Assembly: GCA_965113315.1 (NCBI GenBank)
Contig: OZ220372.1
DNA: 64,000 nt
From: Podarcis vaucheri
Lineage: Eukaryota
Strand: one strand, 5' to 3'
The translations under genes and the position numbers were made by a program. Under the pieces are notes generated by a model. That model was not told the DNA's origin. It made no database searches and saw only the letters and a list, made by a program, of their open reading frames with translations. Below are positions 22,843 through 35,951 of the stretch, one piece after another (the stretch's first letter is position 1; every line of letters starts with the position of its first letter).

Positions 22843-23237
22843 ATTAACTAACAGCTCCCACTTTTCAATCACTCCATCTTGCGTTCACTTTCTCAGCTTC
22901 TTAGCTTCTTCCCCTTCTCGCTGCTTCCTTCATTTCCATGTATTGGCTCCCCACTCTTTTCAACTGCCTTGTCAGCCTCTTTCCCCCTCTTTTGACCTTC
23001 CACATCTTGCTGCCAGCCACAGCTGTATTCCTGTGAGAAAGACAGAGCCTTCTCCCCACATCACTTCTGGTCAGTCCTGGCCAGGTTCCAAGACTGAAGA
23101 AGAAGCCCCTGTGCCCCCCATTCTTCACACACATTTTTCACATGCACATAGCTCCGCCACTCCTCAGAATTGCTTCTGTGAACCACCTGCATGAAACTGG
23201 TGGACCATGGACCACACTTTGGGATTGAGAACCTGTG
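22459..23237. mobile_element. Non-autonomous hAT-like element inserted in the head of a tRNA-derived SINE; contains (ATT)n at ~22794-22840
   Basis: The SINE head ggatcatagctcag-tggtagag-catatgccttgcat is split. Degenerate 8-bp TSD tgagagag/tggtagag. Confidence 0.5.
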
Positions 23238-23883
23238 TGGTAGAGCATATGCCTTGCATACAGGAAGTCCCACATTCATAACCTTCCCTGCCTTCTGACT
23301 TAGAACTGGCACAGAAGATAGCACTGCCTGTTGGCTTCTTCCTTTGCAGCCTCAGTGTTGCCTTGTGGAACTCAGCAGGGTTGAGGGTGGGAACAAGCAG
23401 TTGGCTCTGCCTTTCAGAACCTGTCATTGGTTCTGGCGCCACCTACTGTAGGCCTCCCTGTCAGTCCCAGGGGCCACCAGCTGCCACTGCTCTTGAAGTC
23501 TTTGCTACTTGATTCTGGCTAAGCCCGAATAGGTGCCAACACTCTTCCTTCTTGCCTGTTTACCTGTCTAAATTTAAGCTCTTCAGTCGGTATTCTGTGT
23601 CCCTGGTTGACATGTGGTCAGGCTCAAGTTGTGGTTCTGGCTGCTGCTTCTGCTTCTGCTTCTGCTGCTGAAGCATTTCCTGGCCTGTTGTGGGCTGACC
23701 ATGGTTGGTTGCTCACAGCTTTCCTCCAGCAGATATAACTTAGATTGCTTCCCCTGAGGATTTCAGCAAGCCTGTTCTCCCACTCTTATTTAGGCTCAGT
23801 TTACCTTTTACAAAAGGAGAAAATAAACCCTTGACAGTGCAAAAGAAGTACTAAACAGTTATCTGCCTCCAATTTGTGCTCTT

Positions 23884-23918
<35 letters not shown>

Positions 23919-24630
23919 GTGTGCCTAAACAAATACATCACAGTGGGACCTGGAATCATCCCACATACCATTTGAGATCTATGGCAACTTGTGAACCAAG
24001 TCTGATGATTCCAAAAGAGACCTTGAGAAAATTCTCAAAGGGAGTAATGTTCCTTTTTTTCATGATCCACCACCAGCACTTAAGAGCTGAGGCTTGGCAG
24101 CTGTTTGACTCTGTGCCTATCATTTTGTAACTTGAGATTTTGTTTCCTTGTGCTGATTGTAGCTTTTGAGTTTAGTGGGCAAACCTTTACTGCTACTTCA
24201 AGGAAAATGTAAATGTTTCTCTGCTTAGATCTTCTGTTTCCTGGAGAACACAGCAACTATGTGTTTCTATTACTGCAGTCTGCTATGTGGGATAAGCTGT
24301 TTGATGCCTAGTCTGGTGTTGTGGTTAATGCTATGAATTGGCAATGAAGGCTAGAGCTGCTGGGAGTTGGACTCCAGTGACATCCGTGGAAGGCCACATG
24401 TCCCCCACCCTGCCTTACAATAATTCTGTAAGGTAAGAGAGTATTCATGCCACTATATTGCAAATGGGTAGACTGAGGCTGAGAGACTTACTTGCCTAAG
24501 GCCACTAGCGAATTAATTGCAGAGGCAAGCTTCAAACTGGGACAAACTGGGACTTTCTGATTCACAACTCAGTCTCTTAACCATCATGCTACACCAGCTC
24601 ACAACTATTAATAGGCGTCTACTCCTCCAT

Positions 24631-26262
24631 CAGCAGAAGACATCAAGAAGAGGTGGCAAGAATACACAGAGGAATTATAAATTATACCAGAAAGATATGG
24701 ATGTCTCGTACACCCCAGGTAGTGTGGTTGCTGACCTTGAGCCAGACATCCTGGAGAGTTAAGTCAAATGGGCCTTAGAAAGCACTGCAGATAACAAGGC
24801 CAGTGGAAGTGATGGTATTCCAGCTGAACTATTTAAAATTTTAAAAGATGATGCTGTTAAGGTGCTACACTCAATATGCCAGCAAGTTTGGAAAACTCAG
24901 CAGTGGCCAGAGGATTGGAGAAGATCAGTCTACATCCCAATCCCAAAGAAGGGCAGTGCTAAAGAATGCTCCAACTACCGCACAATTGCACTCATTTCAC
25001 ACGCTAGCAAGGTTATGCTTAAAATTCTACAAGGAAGGCTCAAGCAGTATGTGGACAGAGAACTCCCAGAAGTGCAAGCTGGATTTAGAAGAGGCAGAGG
25101 AACCAGAGACCAAACTGCAAACATGCGCTGGATTATGGAGAAAGCTAGAGAGTTCCAGAAAGACATCTACTTCTGCTTCATTGACTATGCAAAAGCCTTT
25201 GACTGTGTTGACCACAGCAAACTATGGCAAGTTCTTAAAGAAACGGGAGTGCCTGATCACCTCATCTGTCTCCTGAGAAATCTCTATGTGGGACAAGAAA
25301 CTACAGTTAGAACTGGATATGGAACAACTGATTGGCTCAAAATTGGGAAAGGAGTACGACAAGGCTGTATATTGTCTCCCTGCTTATTTAACTTATATGC
25401 AGAATTCATCATGCAAAAGGCTGGGCTGGATGAATCCCTAGCCGGAATTAAGATTGCTGGAAGAAATATCAACAACCTCAGATATGCAGATGACACAACT
25501 TGATGGCAGAAAGTGAGGAGGAATTAAAGAACCTTTTATTGAAGGTGGAAGAGGAGAGCGCAAAATATGGTCTGAAGCTCAAGATCAAAAAAAAGGAAGA
25601 TCATGGCCACTGGGCCCATCACCTCCTGGCAAATAGAAGGGGAAGAAATGGAGGCAGTGAGAGATTTCACTTTCTTGGGCTCCATGATCACTGCAGATGG
25701 TGACAGCAGCCACGAAATTAAGAGATGCCTGCTTCTTGGGAGGAAAGCAATGACAAACCTAGACAGCATCTTAAAAAGTAGAGACATCACCTTGCCAACA
25801 AAGGTCCGTATAGTAAAAGCTATGGTTTTCCCAGTAGTGATGTATGGAAGTGAGAGCTGGACCATAAAGAAGGCTGATCGCCAAAGAATTGATGCTTTTG
25901 AATTATGGTGCTGGAGGAGACTCTTGAGAGTCCCATGGAGTGCAAGAAGATCAAACCTATCCATTCTGAAGGAAATCGGCCCTGAGTGCTCACTGGAAGG
26001 ACAGATCGTGAAGCTGAGGCTCCAATACTTTGGCCACCTTGTGAGAAGAGAAGACTCCCTGGAAAAGACCCTGAAGTTGGGAAAGATGGAGGGCACAAGG
26101 AGAAGGGGACGACAGAGGATGAGATGGTTGGATAGTGTCTTCGAAGCTACCAGCATGAGTTTGACCAAACTGCGGGAGGCAGTGGAAGACAGAAGTGCCT
26201 GGCGTGCTCTGGTCCATGGGGTCACGAAGAGTCGGACACGACTAAACGACTAAACAGCAACA
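24631..26262 (+). mobile_element. BovB (RTE) LINE, 5'-truncated, disrupted RT
   Basis: RT motifs (FIDYAKAFDCVDH, GVRQGCILSP, NLRYADDTT), BovB C-terminus ...ALVHGVTKSRTRLND, (CAA)n tail, 10-bp TSD actcctccat (24621-24630, 26263-26272). Stop at ~24760 and frameshifts at ~25500 and ~25590. Confidence 0.97.
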
Positions 26263-26371
26263 ACTCCTCCATGTATTTGTCTGATCCCCTTATCAAATCT
26301 TCTGTGCTTGTGGCTGTCACAATATCTTGTGGGGGGAAAGTCCATAAAATAATTTTGGATCCTCTTTAGAG

Positions 26372-26725
26372 CAAGGGTGGAGAAACTTTTTCAACTCGAG
26401 GACCACATTCCTTTGTTGGCAACATGCCAGGGGCCAGTGGTGGGTGGTGTCAGAGGCAAGAGTGGGTGAAGCAATAGCTGTGACTTTTACTTTGTACGGT
26501 AGACCTCTTTCTAGCCATGCAAATGCCATTGGTTTCTGTATCGTCACACACATCTCTTCATCCAGTCAAGCAGGAGTCATTATTGCTGTTCAAGCACATA
26601 TTCCAGTTGGGCAAAAGCTCTTAAGGAAGGCACAGGGAACAGCCAGGAAGCGATGTGGCCTGGGCAGAATCCCAAGAACTGGATTGAGAGGCCTGGCCCT
26701 TGAGCCTGACGTTCCTCACTCCTCT
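26372..26725. mobile_element. hAT-like MITE (degenerate)
   Basis: Ends caagggtggagaaac / gttcctcactcct resemble the CAGGGGT TIRs of other MITEs in the window. Confidence 0.45.
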
Positions 26726-27158
26726 TGTTTTAGAAAAATCCCTGGGTTGGGTACCCAGGAAGTTTTTAAAAGTAGAGAAATCCTCTGAAACTCTTTAGAA
26801 AGTTTTCTGCACTGGGGCCAAAGCTAATAGCAGAGCACTAGTGTAAGGATTATTAGGGTGTTAGTGTGAAAGTGTCACACTCAACCAGGTTCCTATGCCA
26901 TGTTGTGGCGTTAGGATGGAATCCTACTGAAGTCATGCTGTATATACGGTATGTATTGCATGGTGTGTGTTTCAGGATAGCATAACAACCACTTCGAAGA
27001 AAGGATTAACACCCATGGAGCACGTTGTACCTCCAGATGCAGACACTACTACCAAAGGTTCTAGTAACAAATTTAGTTTCTTGAGATGATAAGTTGTAGG
27101 GTGTCCATGGTGCACATAATGGTGTTAGTTTTGCTTTATATGTTGGGTTTTTTTGGGG

Positions 27159-27340
27159 AGGGACCATAGCTCAATGGTACATATGCACTTTGTATATAGA
27201 AGGTCCCAGATTCAATCCCTGGCATGTCCCAGTTAACAGGTCTGGAAAAGATCTATTTCCGGCTGACACCTTGGAGAATCGCTATTGATCAGAGTAGATA
27301 ACTGACCAATTGTGTAACACAGTGTAAGGCAGCTTAATTT
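27159..27340 (+). mobile_element. tRNA-derived squamate SINE (Squam3-like); relatives at ~3440-3570 (minus), ~51470-51610 (minus), ~56925-57030 (minus) and ~63445-63565
   Basis: A box atagctcaatgg, B box gattcaatcc, shared tail gtaaggcagctt. Confidence 0.65.
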
Positions 27341-27917
27341 GCTTCCTTCCTTCTCATTGTCATTTATGTTATGACACCGAAACCTGTTTCTTGTCTAGCC
27401 GTATGGCTGTAAGGCAGGCAGTATACCTGCAACATCTAATGTAATCAGAGCAGTTCCACATGCTATAGTTGCTGTGGAAAGCACCTGTACTGTACAGTGT
27501 TTGCTGCAGAAAACATGTAAAACGTGGCCATCATATGCATTTGCACACCTATCTCAAAATCACTGTGTATGTGTCTGGGAACCGCAAATGGGGGCAGCTT
27601 TAGATGTTACAATTGCTCTGTAAAACATTGGTGCTATGTTGGTGTTTCCTGCAGTTGCACACATGCAAGATGTGAGCATCACCCACCCACCCACACAAAA
27701 TTGCCTGGGAACTTTGAGTACACAGGAACTGACTAGCTTGGATTTGTTACTGTATAACATGTGAAGAAGACCTAAATATTTAGGGGGGAAGAAAAATACC
27801 TGTTATCATTGTTTTAGATATGGACCTGCCTAATTGTGCCCTGTATGCTGAGATGTACCAGCTTCCTCTTCCCAGTTTTTCAGTGAGTTTGTATTTGACA
27901 AATACTATCTCCCATGG

Positions 27918-28282
27918 AGGGACGCGGGTGGCGCTGTGGGTAAATCCTCAGCGCCTAGGGCTTGCCGATCGCATGGTCGGCAATTCAAATCCCCGCGGCG
28001 GGGTGAGCTCCCGTCTACGGTCCCAGCTCCTGCCCACCTAGCAGTTCGAAAGCACCCCTAAAAAGTGCAAGTAGATAAATAGGTACCGCTTTAAAGCGGG
28101 AAGGTAAATGGCGTTCCGTGTGCTGCGCTGGTGCAGGCTCGCCAGAGCAGCAATGTCACACTGGCCACGTGACCCGGAAGTGTCTGCGGACGGCGCCGGC
28201 TCCCGGCCTCTAGAGTGAGATGAGCGCACAACCCTAGAGTCTGTCAAGACTGGCCCGTACAGGCAGGGGTACCTTTACCTTT
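27918..28282 (+). mobile_element. Sauria SINE, full length
   Basis: gggacgcgggtggcgctgtggg head, (acctt)n tail, 12-bp TSD tatctcccatgg (27906-27917, 28283-28294). Confidence 0.95.
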
Positions 28283-28289
28283 TATCTCC

Positions 28290-28429
28290 CATGGGCATAG
28301 CCAAGGGGGGCAGGAAGGGGCAGCCCCCCCCAAATAAATAAAAATCCATAAAGTACTTAACTAAATGAGGTTCTGCCCACCTGTAACATAAAGCCTGCCC
28401 CCCTAACAAAAATCCTGGCTACACCCATG
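28290..28429. mobile_element. hAT-type MITE
   Basis: TIRs catgggcatagccaagg / cctggctacacccatg. 8-bp TSD ctatctcc (27905-27912) / ctatatcc (28430-28437). Confidence 0.75.
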
Positions 28430-30011
28430 CTATATCCCACAGTAGCTCACATCAGTTAAAATAAAAGAATGTCAGGCCCTGCTCTCAAATAGGTTTACAA
28501 GCTAAGAAGACAAGACGCAAAAGGGAAGGAGAGTGAGGGAAATAGGTATTTAATTTAAATATTTAGAAACCACACTTCCATATAAAATATCACAACACAG
28601 AAATGGAGATCAGTTTGACAAAGCCAGAACAACATAGTAAACTGCAAGCAGGCATGTTTATCCAATCTGGACTGGACTGGTATTTCCTTGCTAATGTTTT
28701 TGATTGGGTAAAGGTGATGCAACTATCTTGTGGCCCTTATCCTTTTGGCCAGTGGTAAAATGTCTTTCTTTTTGCCTTGGAAGTCCCAGAATAATTGGAA
28801 CTGAGTGGGTTGGGGTTTTTGTTGGCAGGGATGGGAAAGTCAAGAACACCCTTCAAACTGCTTTTTCTCTTGCTGATGACTGAGGACAGGCAGGCGTTTC
28901 CTTTCCCAGAGCCAGATTTTCATATAGTGTTCCCCAAAGTTCACCATGAAAACTACTGTCTCAAGAGCCAAAAAGCTAGCATCTTGACCTCCAGATGCCA
29001 GAAATCCCCCAAAGCAATGTCATGTCCAGGTTTAGTTGGACCTAAGCAAATGTTCAATTTAAGAGTGGCTTTGGATGTTAAGAAATGCCACCTGCTATAT
29101 GTGAAATCCTGTCTGTAATCAACTGGCAGCACTTAACGATCACATTTTGAAGGGGAAGTTGTACAAGAGCACTTGTGCAGGCCGTGCTTGTACAACGTAA
29201 GTTCCTCTTCAAATGTTTCAAAAAGTGCTGCCAACCAATTCAGAAGACACTAGACATCTAGCTGGCAGCACATCTGGAGTTTTCTGAGTGTCATAATGTT
29301 GTTTGTGTACTGCTGCAGTATTGCAGCTGAAGTGGATACCTAGTCAATTGTACCACAGCCTGATGATTGTCATCTTGTGGCAACATGAAGATGGGGTTCT
29401 GCATGTTTATTTTAATGTTTTGATGAAATTGTTTTATTGTGTATTTAATTATGTGGGGTTTTTTTGTAATTGATTGTATACTTGTGAACCGCTTAGAAGC
29501 CACCTTGGCAATTAATTGTTATATGAGTGAGTGAGTTAATGAATGAATGAATGAATGAAGTAATGTCGGCAATGACAAGAATCCTTCATTTTGTTGCAGA
29601 GCAAATCTGCAAGGCATATAAGCAAATAACTGCATCTGTAACCTGACTCCATCAGTCAGTTACTCTAAACTCATTTAGGGAACAGAAACTTCTGACCTTT
29701 ATGTGTTCAATCAAAACTAACCACACCAGGTGAAATTTCAGGTACCATATACTTACAACAAGAGATTTGGATCAGGTATTACTTGACTAGAATAGTAATG
29801 TTGGGTCCTAAGCAAGCTTCCTATGGGGAAGATGGTGGGACTTAAAAAGGTACAATTAAGCAGCTAGGAAGTGAGAAAAATGTGTCATACACTGCAGTTG
29901 AGTGATTCTGCGTCCGGGTTGTATTATTCCAAAACTGCTGAACGTTTGCTTGCCTCGCTGTTGGTCTCATGTGTGATTTGGGCACTTGACTTACAGCCCT
30001 GAATGTTGTTA

Positions 30012-30218
30012 CAGTGGTACCTCGGGTTAAGTACTTAATTCGTTCCGGAAGTCCATTCTTAACCTGAAACTGTTCTTAACCTGAAGCATCACTTTAGCTA
30101 ATGGGGCCTCCTGCTGCTGCCGCGCCGCCGGAGCACTATTTCTGTTCTTAACCTGAGGTACTATTTCTGGGTTAGTGGAGTCTGTAACCTGAAGCATATG
30201 TAACCCAAGGTACCACTG
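30012..30218. mobile_element. Tc1/mariner-pogo (Tigger-like) MITE
   Basis: TIRs cagtggtacctcgggtta / taacccaaggtaccactg with TA TSD. Confidence 0.9.
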
Positions 30219-31527
30219 TAGTTCAAAAGCCTCACTTTTTGTCTTACAAGTTGCTATGCCTGCCTGCAAATAAGAACTTAGGGTGACATGTGCAATGCTG
30301 CACAAAAATAAGGTGTTAGAATTGCATGGCAGAGATGCTACTTGGAATTAGCCATTTTTTATAAGATCCATGTCCTGGTCATTTGTCACTAGACTACTGC
30401 AGTCTTCTGCTCTGTAATCCACCACTGTTTCACCTTGCCCACCCCCCTCAGACCCAACATTGGCTTCTTCTGTCCACTCCCAGATCAGGCACAAGCTTTT
30501 CATATTTACCTTCAAAACCCTCCACAGACATGCAACCCGATCCTTATCTCTTAGCTATTGTGTGCAGCTGACACATCCCTGCCTGTGACCTTTACTTTTC
30601 CAGTTTCATGACTCTCACTTATCCAGAGGTTCCCTGCTCCCTGAAAAATGTTTCTGCCTTTCCACTCTGTATGCCAGGAACTTCCTCCAAATCCCTCTTA
30701 AGAACTCACCTGTGCTGCAAAGCCTTTGGAACAAGCCCCTAGTTCCAATACCCTGAAGTCACAATTTAAGTAAACATATATTCTTCCCATATTTATCCCT
30801 ACCTCCATTTCCCTCTGTTGCTTCCCTGTTTTCACATTATGAGCCTCTTGAGGACAGGGACCTGCCAAGTCTGTCCTTTTACAAAGCACCTTGGTGAAAT
30901 GTGAATGAGTAGGGTTGTCATATTCCCAAAACCGAAAATCCGGACAAAGTTGTTGAGCTTTAATAAAATTAAGTGCCTATACTCTGTTCCCCCCACTCTC
31001 AGCCCTTCCCATGAAGTTTGTACAGTTATTGAGCTTGTGCCATAATAGCACAAAGGAAAATGCTTCAATTGCTCTATACCAGGCATGAGGAACCTTGGGC
31101 CCCCCAAATGTTGCTGAGCTACAACTCCCATCAGCAGTGGCAAGCATGGTCAATGATCAGGGATGATGGAAGTTGTTGTCCAGCAGAGGGCAAAATGTTT
31201 CCCACACCTGATGATAAACTGTGCATAGCTACTGGTGCTGCCAGGGCAGGACATTAGGGCAGAGGTCCAGGGCCCCACTTTGCAGAATGGGTAGGCAGGC
31301 CACCAAGTGCAGCTTACCACATGTTGAAGTAAGTAAATACAGATTTTCATTTGTATCATATCTCATCTGTTTTCAGTGCCAGGGCTTCACCCTGGAACAT
31401 GTGAAATCAGGGTGCATTTCCTTTACCATTGAGCAACTGTAGAGAGCCTCAATGCGTCCAGGGTTACAGTGGTATTTCCAGGTAGAAACCCTGAGCATCA
31501 CTTTTGGAACATAAGCCTTCTCCTTTA

Positions 31528-31774
31528 GGGCTCATCCACACTTTCGTTTGTCCTGTGATTTCTAGGCATGGGTCTGATAGGTTTTTATTTTCTCCTGTCA
31601 CTTCTCCCTGGAAAACTTGCTGGTTACTTCTGAATCAGAACAAATGTCATTTGGGATTCTGTGGATTGATGCAGTAAACAGCAGGTTTTCCCGGGAAAAG
31701 CAGCGAGAGAAAAGGAAAAACCTATTGCACCTGTTCCTAGAAATAACAGGAGAAGCAGAAGTGTGGACAAGCCC
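31528..31774. mobile_element. Palindromic MITE flanked by TA
   Basis: TIRs gggctcatccacactt / aagtgtggacaagccc plus internal inverted segments. Confidence 0.65.
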
Positions 31775-34700
31775 TACATTTCAAAATTAAGCCTCGGGCC
31801 AGGTCCAGTTTTATTCTTAAAAAGCCTGCTTCGGGTTCTCTTCATACAACCCCAAAAGACTGAAAACTCTGTAAGTGAGCTCTGGTCTCAGTTTTCATCA
31901 GCTTTATAATCTTATCAACTTTAAAAACAAAACCAGATGATTAGCCAATTTATTTAAATTCCTTGCTAAGAGTTGCTCAACCTGCTGTGCCTCTCACTGC
32001 ACTTTGGGAAGGCTGTCCAGAGCTAAATATAGCGGAGCTTTCTCTGGACTGCAGTGTGGGTCAACATGTCACTCAGTAAAATTTACATGGAAAGTAAGGT
32101 GGGCAGCCAGCTCTTATTTTCAGCCTTAGGATTGTGTGTGCTGGTAAGTCAGCTCTCCCCAGATTTCATATTTAGACCAGCAGCTTATTTTTTCAAGGGA
32201 GACTTGCAAGCCTTGTATGTCTAAACACACACAATATTTACTGTCGCTAACCATGAAATATATAAACTGTTGGATTTCCTTTCCACCACTACTTTAACAC
32301 TCATATCCGGAAGCCAAATTAAAAGTGGTGGGACAGATAGTTAAAATGCATGTCTGCCCCGTTCATAAATAGATAGTATGGGGAGGTCTGCTCTTTATGT
32401 AAAACTCAACCTCCCCTCCCCTTGCAGTACTTTGTGTCACTTGGTTGCTTTAAACCATGTTTCCCCAACATGATACCCTCTAGAAAAGGGCAGCCCAAGA
32501 AATTTTTGTACTATTTCCTCCTGCCAGGGAAGAAGAGGTCAGGGTAGATCTACATCATTAACAAAGGGAGAGGGGGAGAAAAATAGGATCAGCATTGGGA
32601 TCTGTTGCCCAGGGTGGACCCTGTCGCCTGAGATAGTCTTCTCACCTCACCTCATGAGCTTTATTTCCCCCAAACCACATGCACCTGCTCCACATCTGAT
32701 ATAAACATTAGTATGAGCACATGGGTTTGTCCAAAAGGCTCATGGTTTGTTCTGGAGACCTAAACCAAAAATCCATATTCTGGTGACACACTAAACCAAA
32801 CATGGCTTAGCCAAGACTAGAGCAAAACGTCTGACCAGGAGCAAAGCAGCCATGATATCCTCTTCTGGAGTCCCTATACTGGCATGTTCAAACTAAGCCA
32901 TGGCTTCACTTAGTGTGACATGAGATCCAGGCCACACTATCCCACTTCTCCTAGTTTTTTACAAGGTTTGTAAGCAAGCAAGCAAATGGGGGAACTTCTG
33001 CCATTTCCACTTTCCAGTGAATATATTCTTTTCAAAATTCTCAATTGTATAGACCAATTCATGAAGAATAAATCTGTTACCCATGTCTGCTAAATGAAAC
33101 CTCTCTGTTCAGAGACAGTATATCGCCAAATACCAGTTGCTGGAGACCAACAACAAAGGTTGCCCATTGTCTTCATGCTTTGTCTTCCAGGGCATCTGGT
33201 TGGCAATTAGCTGGAAACAGAATGCTAACTAGATGGACCTATGATCAGATCTAGTGGAGCAGTTCTTTCATTTTTGCTGTCCAAAGTTTAAATCAGGTTC
33301 AATGGCCATTTTGAATTGCCCACCAAGTTGGATGGCATTAAAAGGGGGTTCGGCAAGTTCATGGAGGATAAGACTATCAATGACTGCTAGTCATGATGGC
33401 TGTGTACTATACCTCCAATATCAGAAGTAGACTGTTTCTGAATACCTGTTGCTGTGAATCACAAGTAGGGAGAGTGCTGTTGTGCTCAAATCCTGCTTGT
33501 GAGCTTCCCATAGGCCTCTGCTTGGTCACTGTGAGAACAAGATTCTGTACTACCTGGGCCTTGTTCCTGCAGAGCTTATGTACCCTTTATTGCACTGATG
33601 GGAAGCTGTCATGAGAACCTCAGTCTGGTGCTTCCTGGGTGGTTCATGGTGATCTAGCAGTTTGAGATCTTCTGACACCCTTGAAAGTGATGAATTTCAG
33701 ACTGAACTGGAAAGGATCAAGGGAGAATTAATATGTGTGCTGGGTGGGGAGACTCTTTATCTCTTGGTAAAGCTATGGGAATAAGAACTCTCCTTTAGAG
33801 AAGGAGGAATGTTGTTTGGACTGACATACTTGGAGTTACCTAATTTAGATGAAACTTGAGACACTAAAGATATGGGGGACATGAAACTGGACCTTACACT
33901 CCCATCCAAACAATCTACTTACGGTAACTGTAAAGCCATGCAAATTGTGCCATCTCTTAATATTGTTGATAGGTTTGTTCTTAAATAACATTAGCTGGTA
34001 CTTGTACTAGAGATTTTGTCTAATTTTAATTCAGTTTTCAAAGTAAGGCAGAGTTTCTCAGACTTTTCAAAGTTGTTATTTGTTTTGTTTATTTAATAAT
34101 ATTTTTATATGGCTTACATTAAAAGAAATCTTGAAGTGGTTTACAAAAGAAACAGTTTGCAGAAGTGTTATTGGTGACCCTCCTGCCCCTGGATTTTCTT
34201 TTCAGCCACATATTCTGAGACTTGAAAATATAGTGATTGCCTGTTAAAAATTACTGCATACCTAGAAAGTCAATAGGTAATTTAAGAATAATACTGTAAT
34301 TTGGTTTACTATACATATTATATTTGAAGTTTAATTCTGTGTGAAAATAAACTTTTTGACCTGGCACACAGCTGGGTGTGTTTCTTGTGATTTCTCCACA
34401 AAAACACCACCCTAGCCTGCAACTTGCTTTGGGTCGCAACCCACTGATTGATAATCTCTTAATTCAGGACTAGAAAGGCTATGTTGGTAGAATAACCCTA
34501 TCTGGATCCTGGACAAGTTTTAAATCCCCAAATGTCTTAAATATGATTGCTAAACCACACCTTGGCAGATGGACTCAGAACAGTTGCTCAGATATCAAAA
34601 CCATACTATGGCAACGTCCAGTGAAGAAAGATGCCTGCACAAAATGTCAGCTGAATGAAGGTTAGAAAAACTCAGCTTAATTACAAATAGTTTGAATGCA

Positions 34701-35870
34701 TCAGTAAGTATGAAGGAATCTGCTTTGTTCTCTCATGCAGCAGCCTCTGGCTTATAAAAGGATGTAATGCTGCCCAGGCAAGTTCTATGGATGTGTGGCT
34801 TGCTGGTTCCACAAGAGGCAGACTCCTATCATCTGCTTTAGCTTTGATTTCTTACATTCTAGATTGTGCTAAACTAGACTTAATTATTACTGAGGCATGA
34901 GCATTCAGGGTGGGGAACCTGTGGTCCTCCAGATGTTGATGGACTCCCATCAGTCCCAGCCAGCATGGATGCTGCTCAGTGATGATGGGAGTTGTATCCA
35001 ACAACATCTGGGGGGCCGCAGGTTCCCAACCCATGACTTAGGGACTCTTGTTCTGATTCATCAGCAGTGCTGGCTCCAGGTTTTGGGAGACCGCTGGGCA
35101 AGGTGCCCTCAACAAGCTCCCCTCTTCTCCAAGGCATCACTGCCCATTCATTTGCCTTCTCCCTCTGGACCCAATCTGAATAGTTGTCCTGGGAAAAGTG
35201 GGTGGAGGTTTGATTACAGAAGAGGGCAGGTGAACAGGCAGCAACAGCAAGGGGCAGGAGTTGCAGGGCCAAGAGGCACCAGAGGGTGTCAGTGTGCCCC
35301 CAGCAGGAATGTTCACTTTAACATGTGCCGTACAGTGCCTATCTGTGATGCTGACCCTGTCCAGTGAGAGAATTCCTTATATCTTTAGTCCAAGGGTAGC
35401 TAAAACATTAGGACCACAATAGAAATGGACAAACTGCAGCCTATCTATTACATTAGAACGTGTGCTATGTGTAACCAATGAGTTGCTTGCCAATTTATAA
35501 GCTGTATGGAGTATGATTCATGTTTGTCTTTACACAGCACAGTTTTTGGTTTCTTAGTGACTTCAGCGTTCATACTCCATGTTCAACCCATTATCAACAG
35601 GGTGCCTTTCAGCCCTGAGTTATACCGTATATGGGTAATGCAGTACCATGTGTGGAATAATTTGAGAGAATGTATATCCAAGTGTGAGTGCAGCTCATTG
35701 TACAGCTTGGGAATCACTGCTGAGAACTGCTCTTTCTCAAAGACCCTCCCTTTTCTTCGGGGTTTTGTTCTCTTGACTCATTGTGTTTCTTTCGTCACTC
35801 ATCATCTAAGTCAGGGTGGAAGGGGCTACCCAGTCTACGTAAAAGCTTCCAAGGAATGCCCATGAGCCTG

Positions 35871-35951
35871 CAGGAAGTGGCTTTGTGCCGCTTGGGTGGG
35901 TGACTCAGCTGGCGGTGGCTTTTACCCCCCTGTGTTAATACTGACTCAGCA
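35871..35951. promoter_or_regulatory. Enhancer-like cluster: ETS site plus two AP-1/ARE sites
   Basis: CAGGAAGTG (35871-35879), TGACTCAGCT (35901-35910), TGACTCAGCA (35942-35951). Confidence 0.5.

Noticed and set aside
25284-26225. Minus-strand ORFs up to 229 aa
   Set aside because: Antisense shadows of the BovB RT frame.
26976-27058. Possible coding exon DSITTTSKKGLTPMEHVVPPDADTTTK in frame with ATG CAG at 14624
   Set aside because: Weak pyrimidine tract, poor donor (gttcta) and no recognisable homology.
27159-27225. tRNA gene
   Set aside because: A/B boxes are present but there is no cloverleaf, and it continues into a SINE body.
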